Origin: Simkaniaceae bacterium
Lineage (GTDB): Bacteria; Chlamydiota; Chlamydiia; Chlamydiales; Simkaniaceae
Assembly: GCA_050248615.1 (NCBI GenBank)
Contig: JBFWSA010000001.1
Coordinates: 1 to 13,089, forward strand
DNA: 13,089 bases
Reading direction: 5' to 3'
The translations under genes were made by a program, and so were the position numbers. Positions 1 to 8,248 of the stretch are shown here, in pieces (positions within the stretch are counted from its first letter, which is position 1; every line of letters begins with the position of its first letter). The notes below the pieces were generated by a model. It made no database searches, had not been told where the DNA came from, and worked only from the letters and a program-made list of their open reading frames with translations.

Positions 1-1741
1 GAGCCTCCCCACAAATAATGAGTCCTGCAGCATGAATCCCTGTATTTCGGATCGACCCCTCCAGCTTGACAGCAAATTCCAAGATACGTTTGACATCCTC
101 ATCCCTTTCTCCCATTTGGCGGAGCTCGGGATCTATCTCAAAAGCTTTTTTGAGTGTCATCGTGGGATCATCGGGAACAAGCTTTGCAATTTCATTGACT
201 TTAGCTAAGGGGACACTCAAAACTCTTCCCACATCTTTAATCGCCATTTTGGCTTTCATCGTGCCAAAAGTAATGATCTGAGCCACTTTCTCTTTCCCGT
301 ATTTCTTGAGAGTATACTCAATGACTTCCGAGCGCCTATCCATACAGATATCGACGTCGATATCGGGATAAGACATCCGCTCTGGGTTAATAAAACGCTC
401 GAAGAAGAGATTAAACCTTAAGGGCTCGATATCGGTAATTCCGATCAGATAGAGGATAATAGAACCTGCTCCAGATCCCCTTCCAGGCCCTACAGGAATC
501 CCCTGTTTTTTGGCCCAATCAATAAAATCATAAACAATCAATAGGTAGTCACACATCCCTTTAGAGGTGATGATCTCAAGCTCGCTTTCTAAGCGCTTTT
601 TCACGACCTCCATTGGATCTTCTTGAGGATATTTTTCCTGAACTTTTTCGAGACGCTCTGGAGTGTAACGTTTAGCAATTCCCTCAAGACAAAGTTTTCT
701 TAAGTAATCCGCAGCTTCTTTAACCCGCTCTTTTTCACTCACTTTTTTTCCCTCTAAATGGGGAGGAATGAAAACGGGATAAAATTTCGTTTTAAAATCG
801 AGTTCTAACACGCATTTTTCAGCAATTCTTTCTGTCATGCTTATGGCTTCAGGAATGTCTGCAAATAACGCTGTCATTTCTTCTGGGGATTTAAAATAGA
901 GTTCGTGTGTGGGAACCACCTTCCTTTTTGGGTTCAAACTGCGCCCTCGGACATTTCCAAAGGAGTCTCTCTCTATAATCTCACAGGGCTCTCCTGACTG
1001 CACGTTCATGAGAATCTCATGAGCTTTCCAATCTTCACGCCGCATGTAGTGGGTCCCATTTGTGGCAACCATAGGAATCCCACGCTCTTTAGATAGAGCA
1101 ATCAGATGAGAAACGACTTTTTCTTGGTTTTTAACCCGCTCTAAGTAGTTTTGATAAAGCCAAGACTCTTTATCAATTCCTTCGGTGCGAATATGCGCTT
1201 CGCTCATAGAATGGCGCTGGAGTTCAAAATAAAAATCCGACCCATAGACCTTCTGACTCCAAGCAATTTCCTCTTCTAATTCTTCAGCACGCTCATGAAT
1301 GATAAACTGTGCTAACCGACTTTGCAAAGGGCCTGAAAGACAAATCAGCCCTTCAGAGTAGGTTTCCAAAATTTCTTTATCGACACGGGGGGTATAGTAA
1401 AATCCTTCCAAATAACCAATCGAAGAGATCTTACAAAGGTTACGGTATCCCGTCCGGTTTTTAGCAAGTAAGATCAGGGGATATCCTACCAAATGACCAG
1501 AAACTCTCTTCTTGTCATGGCGAGAGAGAGGAGCCACGACGATTTCACATCCAATGATGGGTTTTACTTTGACTGCTTTACAAGCCTTAAAGAAATCTAC
1601 AGCTCCAAACATGTTGCAAAAATCTGTAAGAGCTAACGCTTCCATCTCATAGGTGGCAGCTTTTTCCGTTAAACTCTGGATGGATGCAGTCGAATCTAAG
1701 ATGGAATATTGAGAATGTACATGCAAAGGAACCCAAACCAT
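1..1741 (-). CDS. dnaE: DNA polymerase III alpha subunit (5' part, ~580 codons; truncated by window edge)
   Basis: Translated by hand from ATG at 1741-1739: MVWVPLHVHSQYSILDSTAS...KPIIGCEI...LLAKNRTGYRNL (PHP domain), GPGRGSGAGS, FERFINPERMSYPDIDVD (catalytic Asp motif) and LEGSIRNTGIHAAG near position 1, with the start and end segments in the same frame. Not in the ORF track because it has no stop inside the window. Confidence 0.98.
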   Translation of the reverse strand, partial: MVWVPLHVHSQYSILDSTASIQSLTEKAATYEMEALALTDFCNMFGAVDFFKACKAVKVKPIIGCEIVVAPLSRHDKKRVSGHLVGYPLILLAKNRTGYRNLCKISSIGYLEGFYYTPRVDKEILETYSEGLICLSGPLQSRLAQFIIHERAEELEEEIAWSQKVYGSDFYFELQRHSMSEAHIRTEGIDKESWLYQNYLERVKNQEKVVSHLIALSKERGIPMVATNGTHYMRREDWKAHEILMNVQSGEPCEIIERDSFGNVRGRSLNPKRKVVPTHELYFKSPEEMTALFADIPEAISMTERIAEKCVLELDFKTKFYPVFIPPHLEGKKVSEKERVKEAADYLRKLCLEGIAKRYTPERLEKVQEKYPQEDPMEVVKKRLESELEIITSKGMCDYLLIVYDFIDWAKKQGIPVGPGRGSGAGSIILYLIGITDIEPLRFNLFFERFINPERMSYPDIDVDICMDRRSEVIEYTLKKYGKEKVAQIITFGTMKAKMAIKDVGRVLSVPLAKVNEIAKLVPDDPTMTLKKAFEIDPELRQMGERDEDVKRILEFAVKLEGSIRNTGIHAAGLIICGEA

Positions 1742-1764
1742 GAGTCTATGAACCTATGAGGTTT

Positions 1765-3111
1765 TTAAGCTTCAATGGCTATTTTAGGTTTTGCCCGTTT
1801 TCCCCACAAGGGAAGAAGAAACCCTACAGCAACGACCCCACAAATAGCGAGGAGAATAAAAAAGCCTGACCATCCAAAATCTTGGGTCACTTTCCCAACA
1901 GGCCACCCAGCTGCTGCTGCCCCTGCATAAGCAAAAAGACCCGCAAAGCCTGTAGCTGTTCCTGCCGATTCTTTTTCTGCCAGTTCAGCTGCTGCCATTC
2001 CAATCAACATTTGAGGACCAAAAATCAAGAAACCAATCAAGAACATCAGCACCGACACAAGAACAAGACTTGCAGAAGGAACGAGCCATAAGGCGAAAAG
2101 AACACCAATAATCCCTAAGCTAAACAAGACATTAACAGGCCCACGCTTCCCTCCAAAAATAGTATCTGAAAGCCACCCTGCGGCCAAGCTTCCAAAAATC
2201 CCCCCAATTTCAAACCAAAAGACACAAGAACCCGCAACCATCAATGTAAAGCCTTTCTCTTCCATTAAATAAAGCTGAACCCAGTCATTAATCGCTGTAC
2301 GGATGATATAAACAAAAAAATAGGAGATCGCAAGAATCCAAATAAACTTATTCTTAAGAACATGCTCAACAAGAATTTCTCGAGGAGTTAAGTTTTTTAC
2401 CTCTTCACTATCTTCCCTGCTTTTTTCACTATGGTAATCGTTGCGAAATTTTTCAATCGAGGGAAGACCTACCCGCCTGGGATCATCTCGCAAACGATTG
2501 ATTAAAAACAGGCCGACAATGATCGCCAAAAACCCCGGGAAAAACATCGCATAGCGCCACCCAAAATGATGAATAGCCAGTGCACAAATGACAGGGATTA
2601 AAGCACCTCCAATATTATGAGATGTATTCCACACCCCCCACCAACGGCCACGTTCTGTTTGAGAATACCAATAGGTGAGCAATTTGGCGCAAGGAGGAGA
2701 TCCCCATCCTTGAAATAATCCGTTTAAGGCTAAAAACAACGCAAACAAAGATATGGTAGAGGAAAGTCCAAAAAAGATATTGAAAACCCCTGTTAAAATA
2801 AGCCCTATCCCCATGAAATAACGGAGATTTGACTTATCGGAAAGAATTCCACTTAAAAATTTACTCACACCATAACTGATCGCAAGGAGGGTCCCTAAAA
2901 TCCCCAGTTGGCTTTTTTCAAATCCCAGCTCAGTAATCAGAGCAGGCATCGCAAAAGTAAAACTTTTTCTTGTGAAATAGAAGAGAGCATATCCGATATA
3001 CATGCTGTAAAAAACGCGGATACGCCAGTAGCGGTATTTCTTTTTGATTTCGTCTTCGCTTCGAATTTCGTCTGCAGGTGGCTCTGGTTTCAGGACATCT
3101 AGAACACTCAC
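1765..3111 (-). CDS. uhpC: Hexose-phosphate (glucose-6-phosphate) transporter, MFS OPA family
   Basis: 448 aa multi-pass membrane protein with OPA motifs YFTRKSF, QGWGSPPC, ERGRWWG-WNTSHNIGG and GPQMLIG-AAAE. It lies directly upstream of dnaE, as in Chlamydia. GTG start. Confidence 0.95.
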   Translation of the reverse strand: MSVLDVLKPEPPADEIRSEDEIKKKYRYWRIRVFYSMYIGYALFYFTRKSFTFAMPALITELGFEKSQLGILGTLLAISYGVSKFLSGILSDKSNLRYFMGIGLILTGVFNIFFGLSSTISLFALFLALNGLFQGWGSPPCAKLLTYWYSQTERGRWWGVWNTSHNIGGALIPVICALAIHHFGWRYAMFFPGFLAIIVGLFLINRLRDDPRRVGLPSIEKFRNDYHSEKSREDSEEVKNLTPREILVEHVLKNKFIWILAISYFFVYIIRTAINDWVQLYLMEEKGFTLMVAGSCVFWFEIGGIFGSLAAGWLSDTIFGGKRGPVNVLFSLGIIGVLFALWLVPSASLVLVSVLMFLIGFLIFGPQMLIGMAAAELAEKESAGTATGFAGLFAYAGAAAAGWPVGKVTQDFGWSGFFILLAICGVVAVGFLLPLWGKRAKPKIAIEA

Positions 3112-3170
3112 TACTTCAGCCTTCAGTTACATGCATTTATCATTCATATTTTTACGACCCTACCGGGGTT

Positions 3171-3199
3171 AGGTTAAAGAAATAATCCTTCGAAGTCAA
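3171..3199 (-). promoter_or_regulatory. Putative sigma66/sigma70 promoter for uhpC-dnaE
   Basis: Minus strand TTGACT (3199-3194), 17-nt spacer, TAACCT (3176-3171), about 60 nt upstream of the uhpC start. Confidence 0.55.
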
Positions 3200-3218
3200 T
3201 CATTTTTACGGTTATAAT

Positions 3219-3248
3219 TTGCCAACTAAGGAAGATATAATGTAAAAT
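3219..3248 (+). promoter_or_regulatory. Putative sigma66/sigma70 promoter for the 204-aa gene
   Basis: TTGCCA (3219-3224), 18-nt spacer, TAAAAT (3243-3248). RBS GAGGT at 3264-3268 precedes the ATG at 3274. Confidence 0.45.
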
Positions 3249-3273
3249 AATTAGTGGAAAAACGAGGTAAAAG

Positions 3274-3888
3274 ATGACTTTTTTTCCAGAACCCCTTAGA
3301 CCCTCAGAAGGACGCAAAGAAGAACACCTCATTGTCGATCCCATTGAAGCTGACAAAAAGGCCAAAGAAAATGGTGCCGATTGGCAACTTCCAGAAGAGA
3401 AAAAAAAATCAGCTATGTATGGGGCTCTCCTCACTTTCATTAACAAGCTCACCTCTTTTTTTACACGCAACGAAGGGGATAATCTGGAAACCGTTTCCCA
3501 AGACGAAATGGTCAATGGAGTCCAAGCTCTCAAGCAAATTTTTCACCATTTAAAAGACTCGGACCAAAGTGAAAACTCTAAATTTTGCCAACATTTTTCC
3601 GAAGTATGGCATATTCTTTATCAAGGACTGCAAATCTTATCTCGCACAAAACGCAAAGCTTATATCAATGTTCCCAAATTAATCGCCTTGATCCATGATA
3701 TGGATCATTATCCCCCCAACGAAGATCATAAACTAGGATTCTACCTAGGAAATTATGCGGGAGAAAGTTGGCTTCCCCTCCCCTTCAGGGATATTCTTAA
3801 AAAACTCTATACAGATCATCGTGTCAACCAACACAATAGCACCCTCTCCAAATGGATCGATTTAATTACCGAAATCTTGCAAGGATAA
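3274..3888 (+). CDS. Hypothetical protein, 204 aa, mostly helical and soluble
   Basis: Long ORF with a good RBS (GAGGT), divergent from uhpC. I recognise no domain. Confidence 0.85.
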   Translation: MTFFPEPLRPSEGRKEEHLIVDPIEADKKAKENGADWQLPEEKKKSAMYGALLTFINKLTSFFTRNEGDNLETVSQDEMVNGVQALKQIFHHLKDSDQSENSKFCQHFSEVWHILYQGLQILSRTKRKAYINVPKLIALIHDMDHYPPNEDHKLGFYLGNYAGESWLPLPFRDILKKLYTDHRVNQHNSTLSKWIDLITEILQG

Positions 3889-3904
3889 ACTTGTATCTCT
3901 ATAT

Positions 3905-4070
3905 TAACCCAAGTTGCTAACTAGTGTTACTGCTAATTTGGAAAATAAAATATTCAAGAAGAATGGATTTTGACGAGCCAATAGCCAATGCGCTATTGGT
4001 GAGGAAAAAAATATTCTTTTTGGAGATTTTATTCCAAAGAAGGAGTGACAATAGGTAGCAAATTGGGTTA
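3905..4070 (+). repeat. 166-bp imperfect palindromic element (MITE- or Rickettsia-palindromic-element-like), element A
   Basis: Arms 3905-3941 and 4034-4070 match at 30/37 positions (taacccaagttgcta... / ...tagcaaattgggtta). Pairing continues inward to the central stem ccaatagc (3978-3985) / gctattgg (3992-3999). Both ends are TA. Confidence 0.85.
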
Positions 4071-4082
4071 TAGTATACATTA

Positions 4083-5366
4083 ATGAAATACGCGCAACCT
4101 AAAGGAACGTTTGATATCATTCCGGAAGAACTCAAGCCGGAAGATCAATGGAAAGAGTCGTCTCGGTGGCAATACCTCGAGTCGATCATTCGCACACTTG
4201 TCCGAGATTACGGGTACCAAGAAATCCGTACACCCCTCTTCGAAAAAACCGAGCTTTTTGTGCGCGGAGTTGGGGAAACATCCGATATCGTTTCTAAAGA
4301 GATGTATACCTTTTTAGATAAGGCTGAGCGCTCGATGAGTCTGCGCCCCGAAGGAACAGCTTCTGTGATGCGCGCTTTCGTACAAGGGCAACTTCAGCAA
4401 CTGGGAACTCTCCACAAATTCTTCTACATTGGTCCCTTCTTCCGCTATGACCGTCCTCAAGCCGGACGCTTTCGACAGTTTCATCAATTTGGGATCGAAG
4501 CAATTGGGAATGGAAAACCTGAACAAGATTTTGAAGTCATTGAACTTCTCTATGAACTCTATCGGCGTTTAGGATTAAAAAACCTCAAAGTCCTCCTCAA
4601 TACTTTAGGGGATGCTTCCTGCCGCACTCAATACAAAACAGCCCTTCTAGAGTTTTTAAAACCCCACTTCCATACACTATCTGAAGAGAGTCAAGCTCGC
4701 TTTAGTAAAAATCCCCTAAGAATTCTGGATTCCAAAGATAAAAATGAACGAGCCCTTCTTGAAAAAGCTCCCTCAATACTCGATTTTTTATCCCTAGAGA
4801 GTAAAAACCACTTTGACGCTCTCTGCACCCTTCTCAAAGAACAAAACATTCCTTTTATCATCGACCCCCAATTAGTCCGGGGCTTGGACTATTACAATCA
4901 TACTGTTTTTGAAATCACCTCCGATATTCTTGGAGCCCAAAATACCATTGGAGCCGGAGGGCGTTATGATGGATTACTGCCCGCTGTTGGTGGACCAGAC
5001 CTCCCCTGTATTGGTTTTTCTACAGGGATCGAACGTATCCTGCAAACGATGGAAGGACAAAAGATCCCCTTCCCCCCAAAAGTAGGACCCGTTATCACCT
5101 TAATCTCTCTTGGAGAGGCTGCAAGCAAAAGAGCTTTTAAGCTCCTCTATGAGCTGCGTCATGCAAGCATTCCAAGTGAAATGATCTCCGATAAAAAAAT
5201 ACAAAAAGCTCTGCAGCTGGCTGAAAAAAGCCACACCTCTTTTGTTGTTATCCTTGGAGATGAGGAAATTTCCAAAAATAGCGCTCAAGTCAAAGCCATG
5301 CAGTCACGTGAAACCCTGGAACTCCCTCTAGACAAACTCGTCGAGCACTTCAAAAAGCAGAGCTGA
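4083..5366 (+). CDS. hisS: Histidine--tRNA ligase
   Basis: Class II aaRS motifs: QPKGTFD, TPLFEKTELF, LRPEGTAS, FRYDRPQAGRFRQFHQFG, LVRGLDYYNHTVFE, GGRYDGL, GFSTGIER. Confidence 0.99.
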   Translation: MKYAQPKGTFDIIPEELKPEDQWKESSRWQYLESIIRTLVRDYGYQEIRTPLFEKTELFVRGVGETSDIVSKEMYTFLDKAERSMSLRPEGTASVMRAFVQGQLQQLGTLHKFFYIGPFFRYDRPQAGRFRQFHQFGIEAIGNGKPEQDFEVIELLYELYRRLGLKNLKVLLNTLGDASCRTQYKTALLEFLKPHFHTLSEESQARFSKNPLRILDSKDKNERALLEKAPSILDFLSLESKNHFDALCTLLKEQNIPFIIDPQLVRGLDYYNHTVFEITSDILGAQNTIGAGGRYDGLLPAVGGPDLPCIGFSTGIERILQTMEGQKIPFPPKVGPVITLISLGEAASKRAFKLLYELRHASIPSEMISDKKIQKALQLAEKSHTSFVVILGDEEISKNSAQVKAMQSRETLELPLDKLVEHFKKQS

Positions 5367-5448
5367 TGCATGAAAATTAGTTGAAGAAGTTATTCTCAAA
5401 CAACTTTTGAAGTTGTTTGAGTATAATCAATAAATTTTCATGCGTTAG
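5363..5448 (+). repeat. Nested hairpin overlapping the hisS stop codon
   Basis: Outer arms are ctgatgcatgaaaatt (5363-5378) and aattttcatgcgttag (5433-5448), with two G-U pairs on the + strand. The inner palindrome ttattctcaaacaactt-ttg-aagttgtttgagtataa (5390-5426) pairs at 16/17. Confidence 0.85.
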
Positions 5449-5463
5449 ACCTGCTTCCAAAGA

Positions 5464-5481
5464 GAAGTTGTTTGAGTATAA
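5464..5481 (+). repeat. 18-bp exact direct repeat of 5409-5426 (solo right arm of the small palindrome)
   Basis: gaagttgtttgagtataa occurs at both 5409-5426 and 5464-5481. Confidence 0.85.
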
Positions 5482-5534
5482 GAGGGTAAAATGGTAACCT
5501 CTTTGAATAATGTAGAGGCTATTTTACCCCCTTA
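5479..5534. repeat. Hairpin in the aspS leader
   Basis: taagagggtaaaat (5479-5492) pairs with attttaccccctta (5521-5534) at 13/14. Inner pair cctct (5498-5502) / agagg (5514-5518). Confidence 0.7.
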
Positions 5535-5546
5535 ATAGGCTTAAAT

Positions 5547-7331
5547 ATGGACTATAGACGAACACATCATTGCAACGCCCTAAGAAAATCACACATTGGA
5601 GAAACCGTTACCCTCTCGGGGTGGGTGCATCGCCGACGGGATCATGGGGGACTTATTTTTATCGACCTCAGAGACCGCTACGGGTTAACACAACTCATTT
5701 TTGATCCTGAGGTTTCCAAAGAAGCGCATGATGAAGCCTCTAAATTGCGCTCAGAATGGGTGATGACTGCGCAAGGAATTGTCCGCCCTAGGGGAGAAGG
5801 ACTGATCAACCCCAAGCTCGCTACAGGGGAAATTGAAATCGAGGTACAAGCCTTTGAAGTTCTCTCTAAAGCCAAAACCCCTCCCTTTTCTATTTGTGAC
5901 GACTCAACCGAAACTAACGAAGAGACCCGTCTCAAATACCGCTACCTAGATATTCGTCGGGGTGACATCACAGAAAAACTCGTCATGCGCCACAAAGCCA
6001 TGCTCGTGACACGTCAATTTTTTGACTCTCAAGATTTTATTGAAGTCAGTACACCCATTCTCGCCCGATCCACTCCAGAAGGAGCCCGTGATTACTTAGT
6101 CCCCTCTCGTATCTATCCGGGAAATTTCTATGCCTTACCGCAATCTCCCCAACTCTTTAAACAACTTCTGATGCTGGGAGGATTAGATCGCTACTTTCAA
6201 ATCGCCCCTTGTTTTCGTGATGAAGACCTCCGCTCGGATAGACAACCCGAGTTTACACAAATCGATATTGAAATGAGTTTTGGGTACCCTGAAGATATTC
6301 AAAAACTCATCCATGGGTATTTCCAAGTCCTCTTTAAAACTTGCCTCGATTTTGACATTCCTGACACCTTTCCTACCATGAGCTATGACGATTGTTTAGA
6401 GCATTATGGAACAGATCGCCCCGATTTGCGCTTTAAAATGCCCCTCGTCCGCATTGATGCGATTGCAAAACGGTCAGATTTTACTGTTTTCAAAGAGCAA
6501 CTCCAACAAGGAGGGTGTGTGAAAGCCCTCTGCGTAAAAGGGGGAGCCGAAATCTCACGAAAAGAAATCGACCGCTATACCGAATTTGTAGGCAAGCTCG
6601 GGCTAAACGGATTAGGATGGATGAAACGTCAAGAGGAAGGGTTAAGCTCAAGTATCGTTAAGTTTTTCTCTCCAGAACTTCAAAAAGAATTAGAAGACAA
6701 ACTCGAAGTCGAAACCGGGGATCTCCTCTTATTTGCAGCAGCAAAAGAAAGCATTGTCAACCAAGCCCTTGACCACTTACGACGCCTCATTGCCCGGGAG
6801 CGAAAGCTCATTGATCCGAAAGCTTTAGAATTTTTATGGGTCACCGATTTCCCTCTATTTGAATGGGATGCAGAAGAAGGGCGCCCTCAAAGCGTACATC
6901 ACCCCTTCACCACACCCCATCCGGATGATATCCCCCTCTTTGAAAGCGACCTTTTGAAGATGCGATCCCATGCTTACGATATCATCATTAATGGATACGA
7001 AGTAGGCGGAGGGTCTCAAAGAATTCATGACTTTGAAATACAAAAAAAAGTTTTTGCGGCCTTAAAGCTTGACCCTCAAGAGGTGAAAACAAAATTTGGC
7101 TTTTTTACAGACGCCCTTCAATACGGAACTCCCCCCCATCTCGGTATCGCTCTGGGATTTGACCGATTAGTCATGATTCTTACCCAAACAGAAAATATTC
7201 GCGATGTCATCGCTTTTCCCAAAACCCAAAAAGCTAGCGATTTAATGATGCAAAGTCCTTCTAGTGTGAGCCCTAAACAACTCAAAGAATTGGAAATCCA
7301 AGCTGAGCCAAAAGAAATAACTTGGATATAA
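5547..7331 (+). CDS. aspS: Aspartate--tRNA ligase, probably non-discriminating tRNA(Asp/Asn)
   Basis: OB fold GWVHRRRDHGGLIFIDLRD, STPEGARDYLVPSR, PQSPQLFKQLLM, CFRDEDLRSDRQPEFTQID, GAD insertion and PPHLGIALGFDRL. The His in RRRDHGG is typical of non-discriminating bacterial AspRS, and Chlamydia are known to make Asn-tRNA via GatCAB. Confidence 0.99.
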   Translation: MDYRRTHHCNALRKSHIGETVTLSGWVHRRRDHGGLIFIDLRDRYGLTQLIFDPEVSKEAHDEASKLRSEWVMTAQGIVRPRGEGLINPKLATGEIEIEVQAFEVLSKAKTPPFSICDDSTETNEETRLKYRYLDIRRGDITEKLVMRHKAMLVTRQFFDSQDFIEVSTPILARSTPEGARDYLVPSRIYPGNFYALPQSPQLFKQLLMLGGLDRYFQIAPCFRDEDLRSDRQPEFTQIDIEMSFGYPEDIQKLIHGYFQVLFKTCLDFDIPDTFPTMSYDDCLEHYGTDRPDLRFKMPLVRIDAIAKRSDFTVFKEQLQQGGCVKALCVKGGAEISRKEIDRYTEFVGKLGLNGLGWMKRQEEGLSSSIVKFFSPELQKELEDKLEVETGDLLLFAAAKESIVNQALDHLRRLIARERKLIDPKALEFLWVTDFPLFEWDAEEGRPQSVHHPFTTPHPDDIPLFESDLLKMRSHAYDIIINGYEVGGGSQRIHDFEIQKKVFAALKLDPQEVKTKFGFFTDALQYGTPPHLGIALGFDRLVMILTQTENIRDVIAFPKTQKASDLMMQSPSSVSPKQLKELEIQAEPKEITWI

Positions 7332-7382
7332 ATCCCATTCTGAATAAATTTGGATATCTAAGAGTACTCTAAAGGAGTGTTA

Positions 7383-8189
7383 ATGATGTTTCGTAGATAT
7401 AAATTTTTATCTCTATTCTCAATAATGAGCTTTTTATTACTACCAGCAGCTTATTCCAAAGCTCCAGTAGAGAAGGAGCAAAAAGACATATCCTTGGAGG
7501 AGATGAAGGGGGAAAACGGAAAAGTTGATATCAACAAAGTTTCTGAGGCCTTCGGACACCTCATTGGAAAAAACCTAGAATCTCTCGGTTTTGAATTTGA
7601 TATGACACAAGTCATTAAAGGAATGGAAGACTCTGTCGCAGGAAAAGAGTCTCCGATGAACGAAACGGAATGTGTCCAAGCCATTTCCATCGTTCAAGAA
7701 GAAGCATTCCAAAAGCTCGCCAAGAAAAACCTCGATGCTGCCAACCAATTTATGACAGCTAATGCTAAGAAAACGGGTATCGTCGAACTTGAAAAGAACA
7801 AGTTACAGTACAAAGTGGAGCAAAAAGGGACCGGCACAGCCGTTGAATCTCACTACTCCCCTATGATCCGTTACTCAGGACGTTTCTTAGATGGAAAAGT
7901 CTTCGGAGCTTCTCAAGAAGATGAACTCATCTCTTTAGATGAAACAATCCCTGGCTTCAGTCAAGGCATTGTGGGGATGAGAGAAGGAGAAAAGCGCACG
8001 ATCTATATCCATCCCGATTTAGGCTATGGAACCAGTGGCTACCTTCCCCCCAACTCCCTCCTTGTGTTTGATATTGAACTTGTCAAAGCCAATGCCCCTC
8101 ACGAACAAGAAGACTCTCTTTCTTCGATTCCTGAGGAAGGAATGCGGGAAATCGCTGTTCCAGATGAGAGCAGTGAAGCCATCCGCTAA
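7383..8189 (+). CDS. mip: FKBP-type peptidyl-prolyl cis-trans isomerase (Mip)
   Basis: Signal peptide, FKBP_N dimerisation region (SEAFGHLIGKNL), long linker helix and FKBP domain (YSGRFLDGKVF, IPGFSQG, EGEKRTIYIHPDLGYG, PPNSLLVFDIEL). I moved the start from GTG 7377 to ATG 7383 (or 7386) because the RBS AAGGAG is at 7372-7377. Confidence 0.95.
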   Translation: MMFRRYKFLSLFSIMSFLLLPAAYSKAPVEKEQKDISLEEMKGENGKVDINKVSEAFGHLIGKNLESLGFEFDMTQVIKGMEDSVAGKESPMNETECVQAISIVQEEAFQKLAKKNLDAANQFMTANAKKTGIVELEKNKLQYKVEQKGTGTAVESHYSPMIRYSGRFLDGKVFGASQEDELISLDETIPGFSQGIVGMREGEKRTIYIHPDLGYGTSGYLPPNSLLVFDIELVKANAPHEQEDSLSSIPEEGMREIAVPDESSEAIR

Positions 8190-8204
8190 TACTTCAAACC
8201 ACTC

Positions 8205-8248
8205 AAACCTCCTAAATCTTGCCGTGTTTTAGGAGGTTTATATTTTTT
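8205..8248 (+). terminator. 12-bp stem-loop with T-rich tail after mip, which also covers the trmL Shine-Dalgarno
   Basis: aaacctcctaaa (8205-8216) and tttaggaggttt (8228-8239) are a perfect inverted repeat with an 11-nt loop, followed by atatttttt. AGGAGG (8231-8236) lies in the 3' arm. Confidence 0.65.

Noticed and set aside
66..281. 71-aa + strand ORF
   Set aside because: Antisense shadow of dnaE, which occupies the minus strand here.
1882..3102. Short + strand ORFs 1882-2091 (Cys-rich) and 2908-3102
   Set aside because: Antisense to uhpC. The Cys richness comes from reverse-complemented Ala codons.
3400..3408. A9 homopolymer in the 204-aa gene as a phase-variation tract
   Set aside because: The frame is intact (EKKK) and such runs are common in AT-rich genomes. 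Nothing else supports it.
3969..4008. Hammerhead-like string ttgacga-g[stem]t-gaggaaa in element A
   Set aside because: The core deviates from CUGAnGA...GAAA (U for C3, GAGG for GAAA), and I find no stem I/III with an NUH cleavage site.
3174..4135. ORFs 3174-3533(-), 3332-3553(+) and 3917-4135(-)
   Set aside because: They overlap the 204-aa gene, the promoter region or element A/hisS, and show no recognisable protein features.
5390..5481. Possible mini-CRISPR (18-bp direct repeats 37 nt apart)
   Set aside because: There are only two short copies, one is the arm of a palindrome, and no cas genes are present in the window.
5367..5546. T-box riboswitch in the aaRS leader
   Set aside because: No T-box consensus (AGGGTGGNACCGCG) or specifier stem is visible upstream of aspS or hisS.
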